From the NCBI GenBank assembly GCA_963717505.1, contig OY970342.1:155674-219673 (forward strand): a DNA stretch of 64,000 bases, in the 5' to 3' direction. Position numbers and translations under genes: made by a program. The notes below the pieces were generated by a model. It saw only the letters and a program-made list of their open reading frames with translations, was not told the DNA's origin and did no database searches. The stretch comes from Candidatus Eiseniibacteriota bacterium. Its GTDB lineage: Bacteria; Eisenbacteria; RBG-16-71-46. This document shows, in pieces, positions 37,233 to 47,378 of the stretch (positions are counted from its first letter, which is position 1; every line of letters starts with the position of its first letter).

Positions 37233-39758
37233 ATGCGCCTCAACTGGCTGGCGCGGGCCGCGACATTCGCCTGTGCGGTGTCGGCGCTCACCCTTTCCGC
37301 GGGATTGCTCGGGGTTGCTTGGGCTCAACCCCCCGCGCTGGTCGAAGTCGACCTCGCGACCGACCACACGCTGCGAGACCTGTTGCGCGCCGGGCTCGAT
37401 GTCATCGACCTTCACGATGGCACCGCGCGCATCCTGGCTCGTCCGCACGATCAAGAGCGGTTGGCGAGCATGGGGCTGACCCCTCGCGTCCTCGATCACG
37501 AGCCAGGTCGCACGCTCGCAGCTCGCACGCGCGCCGAGCTGGCGGCGCGACCGGCGGCGAAGCCGGCACCTGTACGCGCTGCGGTCGAGCCCGACGGCAA
37601 GTTCCGAACGCACCTGCTGCCGCCCTTCGGCTCCGGTTCCATGGGCGGGTACTGGACCACGGCCGAGATCAAGATGAAGCTCGATTCGCTGGTCTCGACC
37701 GATACGCAAGACCTGGTCGCGGGCAAAGTCGACACCCTCGGCTATTCGCGGCAGAACCGTCCGGTCTGGGGGCTCAAGATCGCCAAGGCGGTCGGCGGCA
37801 CCGACACGCGCCCGGTCGTGTTCCTGAACGCACTGACCCACGCGCGCGAGCCCGAGAGCATGCAGGCGATCTTCTATTTCATCGACCACCTGATCTCGAA
37901 CTATGGCGCCGATCCGTTCGCCACCCACCTGCTAAACAACCGCGTGCTCTACATCGTGCCGCTGGTCAACCCCGACGGTTACGCGGTCAACGAGACCACC
38001 TACACGCACAGCGGCGGCACGGCGTTCGGCTTCTGGCGCAAGAACGTGCGCGACAACAACGGTGGCGGCTGGGACGAGCTGAACGACGGTGTCGATATCA
38101 ACCGCAACTTCGGCTACAACTGGGGCTTCGACGACGAGGGTTCGAGTTCGGAGCGCATCTCCGACGCCTATCGCGGCCCCTCGGCGTTCTCCGAGCCCGA
38201 GACGCGAGTTCAGCGCGACATCGTGGTGGCGCTCGACCCGGTTACCAGTTTCTCCGTGCACACGTTCATGGATCTCTTCCTCCATTCCTGGGAGTACGAC
38301 GACGTCCCCGCTCCCGACGCGGCGGCGCTCGCGGAGTGGACGGACGAGATGACACGCAAGAACGCGTATCTGGGCGGGCGCGCCGAACGCATCCTCTATC
38401 CGGTCAACGGTGGCTTCAACGACTGGGCCTATGGCGACGTGGCGCTCAAGCCGCGCTGCTTCTCGTTCACCCCCGAGATCGGAAGCGCCAACGACGGCTT
38501 CTGGCCGCCACCGTCACGCATCGTGCCCCTGGCCGAGGAGATGCTCGAACCGTTCTACTACATCACCGCCATCGCCGGCCCCCACATGCAGACCGACGGC
38601 ATCGAGCTGGTCGAGGGCGCGATGAACGCCGGACGGCTCACGAATCTCAGAGTTCGCGGCCGCAACGTGGCCGCCCAGGGCACCCCCGGCCCGGTCGTGT
38701 ATGGCGCGCTGATTGCGCTCGATGCCGGCGCCAACGTACTGAACGGCAACGTCAACTATCCGCCGTTGGCGCCGCGCACCAGCGCTCATTCGTTCTCACC
38801 GTTCCAGGTCGCTCTCGACGACACCGTGACCCCGGGACGGCTCATGCGCTTCGCGATTCACTTCACCGCCGAGAACATGGTCAGTCGCGACACGATCGTG
38901 GTGCCGGCGGGCACGCCCACGATCCTCTACGCCGACGGGGCTTCGACCGGGCTCGGCAACTGGACCGTCGTCCCCACGGGCACCTGGGGCATCGTTGCCA
39001 ACGACCCGGCGCATCCCAGTGCCTACTTCGAGGAGAGCCCGGCCGGCGAATACACACCGAGCGCCAACAGCCGCCTGACGCTGACCCCGGCCCTGAACCT
39101 GGGCGTCGTGGTGCACGCCTACGCGTTCTACGACGCGGTCTGGGAGTTCGAGGAGAACCAGGACTTCGGCGTGATCGAGGCCAGCACCGACGGCCTCACG
39201 TTCAACGCGGTTCCGGCCACGGGGACGACGCCCGGCAGCGGCCTTGGTTTCCAGACGCTGGGCTTACCGGTTTACGCGGGTTCGCGCCGCACCTGGCAGC
39301 CCGAGATCGCGGACCTCTCGGCGTACACGGGCGCTGGCAAGACCGCAGTCCGCCTGCGCTACCGAGTGCGCAGCAACACCGATACGAATTTCGACGGTCT
39401 GGCGTTCGACTCGCTGCGCATCGCGATTTACGACCCGGCGAGCCAGCCGGGCCCGACGGCGGTCGGCGATGGCCCGATACCGGCGGCGCTCGAGCTGTCG
39501 GCGGCACGGCCCAATCCGGCGCACGGGCTGACCACCTTCGAGTTGGCGTTGCCGCAGGCGGCGTCGGTGCGGCTCGAGATCCTCGACCTGCAGGGCCGCC
39601 GCGTGCGCACGCTGGTGAACGATCGGCTGTCGGCTGGCCGCTTCGTCAAGGGCTGGGACCTGACGCGCGACGATGGACAGGTCGTGGCGCCAGGTGTGTA
39701 CCTCGCGCGGCTCTACGGGCCCGCGGGCGCGGTCACGCGCCGCGTCGTTGTGTTCTAG
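37233..39758 (+). CDS. M14-family zinc carboxypeptidase with FlgD-Ig/T9SS-type C-terminal domain
   Basis: ATG 37233; signal peptide. M14 motifs LNALTHAREPES (HxxE zinc site), IVPLVNPDGY, WRKN, GVDINRNF. C-terminal VRLEILDLQGRRVRTLVND...GVYLARLYGPAG..RRVVVF. Confidence 0.85.
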   Translation: MRLNWLARAATFACAVSALTLSAGLLGVAWAQPPALVEVDLATDHTLRDLLRAGLDVIDLHDGTARILARPHDQERLASMGLTPRVLDHEPGRTLAARTRAELAARPAAKPAPVRAAVEPDGKFRTHLLPPFGSGSMGGYWTTAEIKMKLDSLVSTDTQDLVAGKVDTLGYSRQNRPVWGLKIAKAVGGTDTRPVVFLNALTHAREPESMQAIFYFIDHLISNYGADPFATHLLNNRVLYIVPLVNPDGYAVNETTYTHSGGTAFGFWRKNVRDNNGGGWDELNDGVDINRNFGYNWGFDDEGSSSERISDAYRGPSAFSEPETRVQRDIVVALDPVTSFSVHTFMDLFLHSWEYDDVPAPDAAALAEWTDEMTRKNAYLGGRAERILYPVNGGFNDWAYGDVALKPRCFSFTPEIGSANDGFWPPPSRIVPLAEEMLEPFYYITAIAGPHMQTDGIELVEGAMNAGRLTNLRVRGRNVAAQGTPGPVVYGALIALDAGANVLNGNVNYPPLAPRTSAHSFSPFQVALDDTVTPGRLMRFAIHFTAENMVSRDTIVVPAGTPTILYADGASTGLGNWTVVPTGTWGIVANDPAHPSAYFEESPAGEYTPSANSRLTLTPALNLGVVVHAYAFYDAVWEFEENQDFGVIEASTDGLTFNAVPATGTTPGSGLGFQTLGLPVYAGSRRTWQPEIADLSAYTGAGKTAVRLRYRVRSNTDTNFDGLAFDSLRIAIYDPASQPGPTAVGDGPIPAALELSAARPNPAHGLTTFELALPQAASVRLEILDLQGRRVRTLVNDRLSAGRFVKGWDLTRDDGQVVAPGVYLARLYGPAGAVTRRVVVF

Positions 39759-39767
39759 ACCTTCGGC

Positions 39768-42053
39768 CTAGTTCCCGCGCACACGCGCGGACACCGGAGC
39801 GGCCGCCGGCGACTCCGGCGTCATCCCCCAAAGCTGCTGGAGCACGAAGTCGACCACCGGGCGCATCTGTGAGTACCGGATGTCCCAGAGTCCGAACCCT
39901 GAGAACGTCACCGGTCCGCTCTCCGAACCGTGGTAGTGGGTCATCACGATATAGTTCGGCGGCAGCGGATCGGGATCCAGCAACGTGGGGGAACCCGTTG
40001 CGCGGTAGAGCGTGTCGAGCACCGACGTCGATTTGCCACCGATGTCTTCAAGTATTTGGTTGTCCGCGCGCAAGTACTCGATGCTGGCGACCGCGGAGTA
40101 CGGACGTGGGGGCGGCCACGGGTCGGTGGCAACCGTACGCAGTTGCAGAAGCGACGGTAGGACTGCGTACCGTGGATCGGCTTCGTTCCGTCCAAGAGAC
40201 CGGGGGAACGTCACAAGAGGCTTGGCGATCGTGAACTCGGACCGCCAGTGCGCGAACTCCCACATGAAGCGCCCCGGAACCAACTCGTTCCGGCCCGAAA
40301 TGCTGGAGTAGGTCTTTGTGGGGAAGTCGTTGTTCCGGTCGTTGTAGGGATCGGTCGACGCGTAGCCAGCGCCGCCGCCCGCGATCCACACCGAGCCACC
40401 CTGCTCGATGAAGGCCGCGAGAGAATTGTATCGCCCCTGTCCGCTGACCAGACGTAAGAGAGTAGTCGGGTCCACGGGATCCGTCGGGGGTTTCGGGTTC
40501 CCCGCGCCTGCCAGATCGATCAGCCAGATCACCCTGCGATACTGGGAGAGCACCGAGTACGGGATGCCACGCGCATCCAGGCCGCGCGTCCCCAGCGTGT
40601 CGAATCGATACCCGGCAAACAGTCCCGGCGGGCTGAGCGTGCCCGCGGGCTTGCATCTCCAGGGAACGCCGCCTCGAGCGTACAAGGCGGTATCCAGTTC
40701 GGAAGCCATGGGCCACGGCCCTGACGGCAGCAGCGGGCAGGATTGTCCCGCGGCAAACGCGTCACCGCGGAACCGAGTGTCGTCCACGATCAACAGCTCA
40801 CGACGGTCCGGCAGAGGTACTGCCGGGACGACGACGATTTCGACCTGCGCCAGAGAGATGTTCCCGAGGTTGTCCCCGGCCTCGATGTAGAAGTTGTGCC
40901 TTCCCCGCTTGAGCGACCCGGTGACGAACGGGCCCACCGTCGCCGAGGTGACCCCGAGATTCCACTCACTCCAATGCTGGAAATCGTCCGGCCCCGAGCG
41001 GGGTGTCTCGTCGAAGATGTCCTCGATGTCCAGAGCCCACCGGTATCCCGTGACGTTCGTGCCCAACGACGGAATCGCATACCAGTTGAACGTGACCGGC
41101 GTCTCGGCGGGTGTCTCCAGCGGGATCGCGTAGCCCAGTTCAACACCGGGGAGCACGTACTCGTAGTTGAAGGACTCGTTGAACACGCCCATTCGCGGCC
41201 CGACTTGCACCTCGCCAAACCCAACGCGGATGCGAGTCATGTTCGTGGTGAAACTGAAGACGGGACTGTAGTCGCCGGCTTCGTCGAACGCGATGACGCA
41301 GAACACATAGAAGTCACCAGGGATCAAGTTCGTGAAGCGGGTGGTGTCCGCGGCGGTGGAGTCCCAGCCCGCCCACGGACCCAGCGGGTGGTTCGCGTAG
41401 TAAGTACGCAGTGAGTCGGGGTTGCTGACGGCAAGCCAATGTGGGAACTCGCTGGATGAACTCAGCAATATGTACTTGTACTCAACGGGCTCCTGTGTGT
41501 AGACGCCGTCCGGGTCGGAACCATCCCATCGGAACGTCACTGTCGATGAAACCAGGAACGGGAACGAACTCGGTGGTGGACTGGTCAGCATGATTTCGGG
41601 CGGAATGTTGTCGCCGTAGAAACCCGACGCGCCGTATCGGCGACCTGGCGCCCAGGTCGTCCACCGAGCGTACGGACAGGAACCGCAGCGTTCGCGTCCC
41701 GGTGGCATCCGGCGGTAGGGATCTCAAATCGATCGTCCGTTCGCGCTCGTTCGTCTCGCGTCCAAGACTTCCCTGCCTAGCGCGGCCTCCGACTCCAGCG
41801 ACCACTCGAAGTGGGTGACCTTGCCGTCGGCATCCTCGCCACGCCACGCGACTCGCAGGAGGCGCGCGCCCTTGCTTCCGCTCGCGCGTAGCGGCTCCAG
41901 TTCCAGCGTCGGCTCCTGATTCGCTCGCAAGAGGGTCGCCGGCGAACGATCGCAACCGGTGAGCCCGACCAGCAGGGCGCCGACCATCGTCCCGGCGGCA
42001 GTCAGCAGGTGAAGCCTCAACCCGGTCCGAATCCTACTTGTGCGCTCAGTCAT
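39768..42053 (-). pseudogene. large Ig/fn3-like repeat lipoprotein, apparently split by two frameshifts near its 5' end
   Basis: Three consecutive frames carry plausible protein. (A) 42053-~41765: lipoprotein signal LLVGLTGC and LLRVAWRGEDADGKVTHFEWSLE. (B) ~41765-41640: TNERERTIDLRSLPPDATGTRTLRFLSVRSVDDLGARS. (C) 41640-39768: YGASGFYGDNIPPEIMLTSP...VTFRWDGSDPDGV...EYKYILL... The 646-aa frame-C ORF alone lacks a signal peptide. Confidence 0.55.
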
Positions 42054-42768
42054 GGTAGCGACTCCTCAGCTGACCCCAGCTGGCGCGTGCGATCGGCACC
42101 ACGCCACAGCCGGTGGTCCCGACGTACATCGACGGACGCCCCGGGAACAGCAGCTCGCACAGGTCGTCCTCGTGCTCCGGATAGTGGTTGTACGCCGCGC
42201 ACGGCTCGCAGTCGCCCGAGGTCACGAGCCGCGGGCGCTGCGCCACGCCCGCGCACTCGGCGGGCAACTCATGGAACTCGACCCGCAGAAACGCCTCGCC
42301 AACGAACGCGCACTCCGGAAGGGGTGCACGAAACTCGATCCCTCCCGTGCGCGAACCGGAGAGATCGGCTTCTACGGGTTCGCACAGCACGTTCGCGGGA
42401 TCCGGGACCCGACAGCCCTCGCCCATGGCCGCGACGATCGAGACGGTCACGCTGGGCGTGCACGGGGTTTGAAACTCCAGCACGATCGCGGCGTCGACGA
42501 CGTTGGCCGGTGCCCCCGGACCGCAGACCTCACAATCCTCGGAGCGCAGCAGCGTGTAGTAGACGTCGCCGGGCGGTTCGAGGTAGTTGACGGTCCACAT
42601 CCGCTCCGATTCCCCCAGCCCGCAATCGTTCTCTGCGAGCCCGAGGGTCGGAACTTCGTGGGCGGCGGTGGAAGGCAGTGGCTGCGGTTCGGGGGGTGGT
42701 TTCTTCGCAGTACCGGTGGCCGGGGAGGCCACGAACAGCATGAAGCACAACAAAAAGTGGGTTCGCAT
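42046..42768 (-). CDS. secreted cysteine-rich hypothetical protein with WGQL..Y C-terminal tail
   Basis: ATG after AAGGAGA; signal peptide MRTHFLLCFMLFVASPATG; many Cys throughout. Ends ...ARASWGQLRSRYHD. Overlaps the next gene start by 8 nt. Confidence 0.6.
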   Translation of the reverse strand: MRTHFLLCFMLFVASPATGTAKKPPPEPQPLPSTAAHEVPTLGLAENDCGLGESERMWTVNYLEPPGDVYYTLLRSEDCEVCGPGAPANVVDAAIVLEFQTPCTPSVTVSIVAAMGEGCRVPDPANVLCEPVEADLSGSRTGGIEFRAPLPECAFVGEAFLRVEFHELPAECAGVAQRPRLVTSGDCEPCAAYNHYPEHEDDLCELLFPGRPSMYVGTTGCGVVPIARASWGQLRSRYHD

Positions 42769-42866
42769 TTGCGGTCTCCTTACGAACCCGGTCCAACCGA
42801 ACTATGCACAGGCGGCGGAGTGATCGCAACAGGAATATACTTGCCTGCGGTCCGCCTGGGAGAACC

Positions 42867-44414
42867 ATGACCAACACAGTGGCCTGCAGGATATTCACCG
42901 CGATCGCTGCATTGGCGATCGCCCTGGCCCTGGTGGCACCGGCCTCGGCCCAGCCGAGCGAGCGACGGTCCGCTTCGGAGCCCGACCCGCTCATCCCGAT
43001 GATCCGCCGCACCGACCGTTACCTCCAGCGCCACGAGGTCGACGGCGTCGTCATGGACTGGCGCGTCGTGATCAACGCCTCCGAAGCCGCTCGGCTCTCA
43101 GTCGTTCCCCAACTCCTGGCCTATACCGAGCTCTACCGCGTCCGACCCTCGCGCCGGATCCGGCGCGACATCCGCGATCGTGCCGACTACCTGCTCGCGA
43201 ACTACGATCTGCTCTATTCCGCGAGCGTGTTCAACGGCATGCTCGGCTATGCGTTCTTCGAGGCCTACGAGGCGACCGGCGACGAACGTTATTTGACGCA
43301 GGCGCTCGCGGTCATTGCCCAGCTCGAGGCGATCCCGCGCTCCCAGTACGTCCTGAATGGCGGGCTGATGGCGGCGATGGCGTTCGCCAAGCACCACGCG
43401 CTGACCGGCGACCCGGAGTCCCTGGACCTGGCCGGCGTCGTACTGGCCTCGCTGCCGCCCTATCAACACGCGGACGGTTGCTTTCCGCACTGGTGCTTCG
43501 GCTCGAAGGACGTCCACTACACCGACTGGATGTCGACCGAGCTGATCTTGATCGACCGCTTGATCGATCACCCGCTGATCGACCCGATGCTCGATCAGAT
43601 CGTGGGCTTCATGGAGCAGCGCGTCGGCACCGACGGGAACACCAGCTACGAAGCGCCGTGCGACGACTACGAGGGCTGCGTCCAGTACTACTACAGCATC
43701 GCCACTGGCTGTGACATCGACGTCGATTCGCGGGCGTTCACCAACGAGCTGGGCTACAGCGCGCTGCTGTTCGACCGCGCGGGCTCGGAGCGCTTCCTGC
43801 CGGTCATGCGCTTCCTGGCCGCGCACGAGCGAGGCGGCACTTGGCGCGACAAGTGGGACCTGTGGCCGCCACCCGAGGACCCCTACTACGTCTGGACCGC
43901 GGCCGAGACCTCGGTGGTGAACACCAGCCTTATCTTCTGGTCGCTGGCCAGCACGCTGAGCGGTCGGCGCGACGACCCTTCCGCGATTGCCGATTGGGAT
44001 CCCGACGATCCCGGCTTCGGGGCTGACGACCCGGACTCGATCGTCATCGCACTCCGCCCGGGGGGTTCGGCGCCGTACGAGCCGTCTGCTCCCACTCCGC
44101 GTCCCTCGGCGGGCACCCCCACGGGAACCGATGCCCAGGGACTGCGCATCGAGTCGGTGGCGCCGAACCCGGTGCGAACCGTATGCACGATCCGACTCAG
44201 CCTTCCGGCCGCGAGTGCGACCTCAGTGGTGCTCTACGACGCCGGCGGACGGCAGATTCGGCGAGTCCGCGACGGCATTCTGCCGCCGGGAATTCATCTC
44301 ATCTCCTGGGACGGGCGCGACGACGAAGGCCGCCTATGCGACAGCGGCGTCTATTTCGTGCGCGTCACCGCCGGCGACAACTCCGACGCCGAGCGTTTCC
44401 TGGTCGTGCGTTGA
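42867..44414 (+). CDS. secreted hypothetical protein (helical, possibly alpha/alpha-toroid-like) with FlgD-Ig/T9SS-type C-terminal domain
   Basis: ATG 42867 after GGGAG; signal peptide ...LVAPASAQ. Helix-rich body, so the fold guess is weak. C-terminal SVVLYDAGGRQIRRVRDG...GVYFVRVTAGDNSDAERFLVVR. Confidence 0.7.
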   Translation: MTNTVACRIFTAIAALAIALALVAPASAQPSERRSASEPDPLIPMIRRTDRYLQRHEVDGVVMDWRVVINASEAARLSVVPQLLAYTELYRVRPSRRIRRDIRDRADYLLANYDLLYSASVFNGMLGYAFFEAYEATGDERYLTQALAVIAQLEAIPRSQYVLNGGLMAAMAFAKHHALTGDPESLDLAGVVLASLPPYQHADGCFPHWCFGSKDVHYTDWMSTELILIDRLIDHPLIDPMLDQIVGFMEQRVGTDGNTSYEAPCDDYEGCVQYYYSIATGCDIDVDSRAFTNELGYSALLFDRAGSERFLPVMRFLAAHERGGTWRDKWDLWPPPEDPYYVWTAAETSVVNTSLIFWSLASTLSGRRDDPSAIADWDPDDPGFGADDPDSIVIALRPGGSAPYEPSAPTPRPSAGTPTGTDAQGLRIESVAPNPVRTVCTIRLSLPAASATSVVLYDAGGRQIRRVRDGILPPGIHLISWDGRDDEGRLCDSGVYFVRVTAGDNSDAERFLVVR

Positions 44415-44445
44415 GCGGACGCCGGCCCCGGTCCGCTCTCCACGC

Positions 44446-45858
44446 CTAGTCCCCGGCCGTCGCAGCCACGCTCGTCCCGACAGTCCCAGGCCCTCCGGCC
44501 ACCGGCTGGAACTTCTGGTTCGGCTTCCCTTCCTCCCACGGACGGTACTCGAGCGCGTAGCGAACCCGCTCGATGAGCGGCGGGTGCGAGTAGCGGAACC
44601 ACTTGATGACGAGCGGCGGTTCGGGATTGGACTTGTTCTGCAGGCCGAGTTTCATGAACGCCCGAGCGCCGGCGTCGTTCATGTGGGTGACTTCGAGGGC
44701 GAAGGTGTCGGACTCGTGCTCGATGAACCGCGAATAACTGCTGCTCAGCGGCTGGGCCAGCAGCCCGACCAGGCTCAGGGCGATCCCGAACAGGGGGATC
44801 GACGCCAGGTCGTGGAGTTCCGTGAATCCCCAGCTCCCGCCGAATCGGCGAACGGCCCAGGTCATGAACACACCCGCGCCGAAGAACAACCCGAACGCCA
44901 GAATCGAGAAGAAGCCGATCCCCTTCCAGATGTGCCCGAGCCGGTAGTGGCCCATTTCGTGGCCCATGACGAACAGGATCTCGTCGGGCTCCATGCCCTC
45001 GAGGATCGTGTCCCACAGGACGATCCGCTGCGAGGCCCCCCAGCCGCTGACGTAGGCGTTGTACTTCTTGGTCTGCTTGCTCTTGTCGACTTCGTAGACG
45101 TTGCGTCCGGGGATGCCGGCCCGCCCGGCAAGGTCGAGGATCTGCTGCTTCAGCTCCTGGTTCTTGAGGGGCACGAACTTGTTGAACATCGGGTCGATGA
45201 CCAGGGGCGTGAGCAGCGAGAAGATGATGACGACCGGCACCGAGCCGATCGCCAGGTGGATCCACCACCGACGCGGGGACTTGCGGATCGCAAAGTAGGC
45301 GAGAGCCACGAGCCCGGTGCCGCCGAACACGGCGATCCCGATGGCCAGGCCCTTGAGCTCGTCGCCAATCCAGGCTCCGAAGGACTGGTTCGAGAGGGCG
45401 TACTGGTGCTCGACCGCGAATCCCGAGTACCACGACAGAGGGAACGAAAGAACGAACGCGATCAGGCTGTAGAGGGTGAGGTAGATCAGGCCCCGCCCGT
45501 ACAGGTTGGGCGCATGGCGGTGCGCGAAGTCCCGGATCCGGGCCGAGAGCCGGGTGAACAGGAACAAGAGGCCGACCAGGATCCCGTAGAGAGTCCCGCC
45601 TACGTCGAGGACGACCTGGGTGGTCCAGTAGTTACGGGCCTCCGGGGTGTAGTTGGCCCGAACTTCGGTCAGGTAGTCGCGCGTCGAGGATTCGGACGGC
45701 GCCGCCGCGGCCGAATCGGCCATCGTGGTCGAGACCTGGGCCGGGTCCCCCCCTCCCGAAGCGGGGTTCTGCGCGATCGCGAAAGATGCCGAACTGATCA
45801 GTGCAAGCGCTGCGACGATCACGAGTCTGATCGCACGAGTTGCGGGCTCACGTCTCAT
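44446..45858 (-). CDS. M48-family zinc metalloprotease, Ste24/CAAX-protease-like, polytopic membrane protein
   Basis: HExxH in FVMGHEMGHYRLGH, preceded by NAYVSGWGASQRIVLWDTIL. Several N-terminal TM helices. Confidence 0.85.
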   Translation of the reverse strand: MRREPATRAIRLVIVAALALISSASFAIAQNPASGGGDPAQVSTTMADSAAAAPSESSTRDYLTEVRANYTPEARNYWTTQVVLDVGGTLYGILVGLLFLFTRLSARIRDFAHRHAPNLYGRGLIYLTLYSLIAFVLSFPLSWYSGFAVEHQYALSNQSFGAWIGDELKGLAIGIAVFGGTGLVALAYFAIRKSPRRWWIHLAIGSVPVVIIFSLLTPLVIDPMFNKFVPLKNQELKQQILDLAGRAGIPGRNVYEVDKSKQTKKYNAYVSGWGASQRIVLWDTILEGMEPDEILFVMGHEMGHYRLGHIWKGIGFFSILAFGLFFGAGVFMTWAVRRFGGSWGFTELHDLASIPLFGIALSLVGLLAQPLSSSYSRFIEHESDTFALEVTHMNDAGARAFMKLGLQNKSNPEPPLVIKWFRYSHPPLIERVRYALEYRPWEEGKPNQKFQPVAGGPGTVGTSVAATAGD

Positions 45859-45960
45859 CGTGGGGGTCTCCGAGATCCGTGTTCGGTTGGCCGAAAGATC
45901 GGATTCCTATTTCGAACCACACTCGAAAGAAATTTTCGAACTACCGGACCCGGAGACCGT
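45859..45960 (-). promoter_or_regulatory. structured 5' leader of the M48 gene with SD-sequestering helix
   Basis: mRNA sense: GGUCUCCG (45958-45951) pairs with CGGAGACC (45872-45865). The latter contains the only SD-like GGAG, 9 nt before the AUG. Between them lie two local hairpins: CGAAA-auuuc-UUUCG and UUCGG-ccaa-CCGAA flanked by UCCG/CGGA. Confidence 0.35.
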
Positions 45961-46247
45961 AGTCGGAGGAAGCCGGGTGCACAAGGGTCCTCCGCGGACG
46001 AAGGAAAAGAAACGTCGCAAGCAAAAAAGCTGCACGGCGAAGCAAGACCTTGGGGTAAAGTCGTTGCGGCGCGAACGTCACGGACGGGAAACCCGGGACG
46101 GGAATGCCAATCAACGGCCCACGCCGTTACAGCGATCGGATCCGTCGTATTGAGGCCCGGCCAGCCTGTGCCGCAATCGGGCCTGCCGGCGTCCGATCCC
46201 CCGACGAGGCTATGCTTGGCAGGGCGTAGTGGTCGGGTTCGAAAGTG

Positions 46248-46277
46248 AAAAGACGCGGTCCCGAGACCGCGTCTTTT
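46248..46277. terminator. bidirectional intrinsic terminator
   Basis: Perfect 13-bp stem AAAAGACGCGGTC-ccga-GACCGCGTCTTTT with A/T runs on both sides. Lies 41 nt downstream of the stop of 46318..47037. Confidence 0.7.
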
Positions 46278-46317
46278 CCTTTTCCCCGGAACCCCACCGC
46301 AGTCGAGGCTGCGCGAA

Positions 46318-47037
46318 CTACTCGGCGGCGACGATGCGCCGCGTATGAATGGTGGGCCCGATTCGCGCCCGCAACAGGTAGACGCCGCGTTCGAGGCGAC
46401 GTCCCACGTCGTCGCGGAAGTTCCAGATGTAGTTCTGGACTCCGCCGGCGATCTGGCCGTCCTCGAGAATTCGAACGCGTCGGCCGGTCACATCGAAGAT
46501 CTCGATCTGGACGTCGTCCTCGTAGGCCATCTTGAGCGTGAACTGGGTCGAGCCGCGCGCGGGATTGGGCCACACCTGCGACAACTCGACCGGAGGCCCG
46601 AGCGACTGGACCGAGGTCGTGCCGCCATCCCAATAGGCGATGTTGGAGATCGCAGACCAGTTCGGTCTCTCATCGCTGGTCTTGACCGCGAAATAGTAGC
46701 CCACCCCCGATTCCAGGCCGTTCACCAACACCTGCATCATCGAACCAGGCAGGCCGGGGCTGAGAAGGAAGTTCACCTTTGTGGCGTTGATGAAATTGGA
46801 CTGCGTGATCGGGTTGCGGGAGTAGCGGAGGTCGAATTTCGATGCGGTGCCGACGTGACCGTCGTCGCCCGGAGTGGTCCACATCACGAGGACGCCGGCG
46901 GCATTCGGTTCGTTGGTGTTGCTCGAGGGTTGGGTGGGGTTACTCGAGAGGTTCGTGACGTTGTTCGAAGGATCGCTGGCCCAGGCCACCGCCGGGACTG
47001 CGAGTCCCAGCAGCAGGATGAATTGGCAAGAACGCAT
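46318..47037 (-). CDS. secreted fn3-domain protein with FlgD-Ig/T9SS-type C-terminal domain
   Basis: ATG 47037 after GGGAGG; signal peptide MRSCQFILLLGLAVPAVAWA. fn3-like WTTPGDDGHVGTASKFDLRYS...GYYFAVKTSDERPNWS. C-terminal VQIEIFDVTGRRVRILEDG...GVYLLRARIG. Confidence 0.7.
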   Translation of the reverse strand: MRSCQFILLLGLAVPAVAWASDPSNNVTNLSSNPTQPSSNTNEPNAAGVLVMWTTPGDDGHVGTASKFDLRYSRNPITQSNFINATKVNFLLSPGLPGSMMQVLVNGLESGVGYYFAVKTSDERPNWSAISNIAYWDGGTTSVQSLGPPVELSQVWPNPARGSTQFTLKMAYEDDVQIEIFDVTGRRVRILEDGQIAGGVQNYIWNFRDDVGRRLERGVYLLRARIGPTIHTRRIVAAE

Positions 47038-47378
47038 GACGCCTCCCATTGCCTTGGGGCAATCGGCCGGGTTCCCCGGAAGTATTCGGATTTGAGGCGT
47101 CGGAGCGGCAAACGCATCCTGCGTAATATCGCCTCGACGCAACTGCACGCTCGGGCGTGCAGCAACGCGGGCCGTTGCCGCGAATGGAAAGCGGGGGACA
47201 GGATCCTTCCTTGCGCGGGCGGGTCCGCGGTGCCATCGGTTCTTCGAAGGCAACGCAGGTATACACAACGGGCCCGCACCTGTCGAAGATTTTTTCAGTG
47301 TTTCTGTTCCGTGCCTGTGAAGTGTTTAGAAACATTCGACCTGGATGGCCATTGTTTAGCCTTCGGGTTACATCGTGC

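Noticed and set aside
37145-40234. 1029-aa ORF on the + strand, the longest in this part of the track
   Set aside because: It is an Arg/Pro/Gly-rich shadow frame of the M14 carboxypeptidase gene and continues antisense into the next gene. It has no motifs, whereas the overlapping 37233..39758 frame has clear M14 signatures. This is typical of high-GC artefacts.
45960-46010. RNase P / SRP RNA-like strings (GGAGGAAGCCGGGTGC; GGTCCTCCGCGGACGAAGGAA)
   Set aside because: The resemblance to the conserved P4 or domain-IV motifs is only superficial, and none of the other universally conserved elements is nearby.
43987-46248. 753-aa + strand ORF
   Set aside because: It spans the 3' end of 42867..44414 in another frame, then runs antisense to the M48 protease gene. 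The composition is low-complexity and Arg/Pro-rich, and no domain is recognisable.
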